From: Malacoraja senta
Lineage: Eukaryota
NCBI GenBank assembly: GCA_038087875.1
Contig: CM075989.1
Location: 20,772,001-20,836,000, forward strand
Direction: 5' to 3'
DNA: 64,000 bases
Each line of letters begins with the position of its first letter. The stretch's first letter is position 1. The position numbers were made by a program, and so were the translations under genes. The notes under the pieces were generated by a model. The model saw nothing but the letters and a program-made list of their open reading frames with translations. It ran no database searches and was not told where the DNA came from. This document shows, one piece after another, positions 62,836 through 64,000 of this stretch.

Positions 62836-63156
62836 TAGCCCAGTCCCACGGTGCGAGTTCATTCCAAGTGCTCTCCCGAGTTTAAAAAAAAATCAAACTC
62901 GTGGTAAGCACGGAGAATGAACGTAGCGGGTATGTCGGAGCTCGGGGACGTCTCTTAGCGCTAACGGCAGGTACTCGGGAAGACTTGATAACGGCAGGTA
63001 AGCACGGGAAGACTCGTGAAGATTTTTCAACATGATGAAAAATGTCCACAAGAGCCCCGAGTACCGACGAGTGGCCATTACCGTAAATCTCCGAGTTCGA
63101 ATCAGGGCAAACACGGGAGAGCTCTTGGAATGAACTAGTACCGTGGGACAGGGGTT
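62836..63156. mobile_element. PIF/Harbinger-type MITE, same family as 27512-27827
   Basis: Imperfect TIR cc(a/t)gtcccacggt; TAA TSD; internal homology to 27512-27827. Confidence 0.88.
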
Positions 63157-63395
63157 TAACTCTTTAAGCAGCCTCAAGTATTCATAGATAGGCACAAAAA
63201 GCTGGAGAAACTCAGCGGGACAGGCAGCGTATCTGGAGAGAAGGAATGGGTGACGTTTCGGGTCGAAACCCTTCTTCAGACTTCTGAAGAAGAGCAAGGA
63301 AATAATTCTCCTTACTTGACAACAGTACTTTGTGTCCATGGTGTTTAATTGAGGGAAATTTACACTTAATTTCAGCAACTATTTTTTTTAATATA

Positions 63396-64000
63396 CAGGT
63401 GCTCCTCAACTTACGATGGGGTTACGTTCCGATAAACCCATCGTAAATCGAAAATATCATAAGTCGAAAATGCATTCAATACACCAAACCTACCAAACAT
63501 TCTCTCTCTTCTGATAAGACTCGAGAATAGTGGGAGAAGTCACTGGGGCATCAACACTTGTTGATTGTTTAGCAGGTATAGTGTTCTTCAGGAAGATTTC
63601 AAGTTTCGACTGCTTAGTTTGTTTCTTCTTTTCATTATATATTTCCCTGTAGCGGGCAAGGGTATCCTGTATCCACCTGGCAGTTTTTGCCAATCTCTCG
63701 TATTTGACGTCCATTTCCTCCAACATCCGTACGTCACTGCTGATAGCAGCAAACGCCTCCGCCAGTTTCTTTGTTGTGAATGTTTTCATTGCCTCGGTTA
63801 TTCCTTCTTCTTCCTCTGCCTCAGCTTCTTTACTTTTATCTTCCCCCAGTTCGATCAGCTCCTCATTGGAAAGTTCTACGCTGTAGAGCTGCGGCTCGCT
63901 GCCGTTGCCCGGCATCACCAGAGAGTATCGTACCGCATATCGCTAGCCCGGGAAAAGATCAAAATTGAAAATTCAAAATACCGTTTCTACAGAATGTGTA
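63396..64000 (-). mobile_element. Internally deleted Tigger (pogo) transposon, Tigger5/MER47-like; runs off the window
   Basis: TA followed by caggtgctcctcaacttacgatggggttacgttccgataaacccatcgt. The minus-strand ORF 63490-63918 carries a Tigger transposase C-terminus (ELSNEELIEL..FTTKKLAEAF..YREIYNEKKKQTKQSKLEIFLK). Confidence 0.85.

Overview
Repeat-rich vertebrate non-coding DNA, most likely from a cartilaginous fish (skate/ray), inferred from its HE1-type V-SINEs and HER1/CR1 LINE fragments. I found no intact host protein-coding exon. The window holds about 28 tRNA-derived V-SINE copies, many CR1 and Rex1-type 3' fragments, a 5'-truncated L1 with two further L1 tails, a Tx1 fragment inserted in a SINE B-box, Penelope-derived palindromic units, six PIF/Harbinger-type MITEs, Tigger elements and several AT-rich repeat-free blocks that may be conserved enhancers. 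The main result is a set of four HDV/CPEB3-like ribozyme folds, each at the 5' end of a retroelement. One heads a full-length, TSD-bounded Vingi/Ingi-type LINE (14204-17623, minus). Two head copies of a ~190-nt non-coding element with TSDs and a Vingi-like tail (13369-13558 minus; 24205-24399 plus). The fourth is a minimal P4-less fold with a short tail (27957-28045, minus). The short-element cores closely match the mammalian CPEB3 ribozyme as I recall it. All family names come from recalled sequence features, not database searches.
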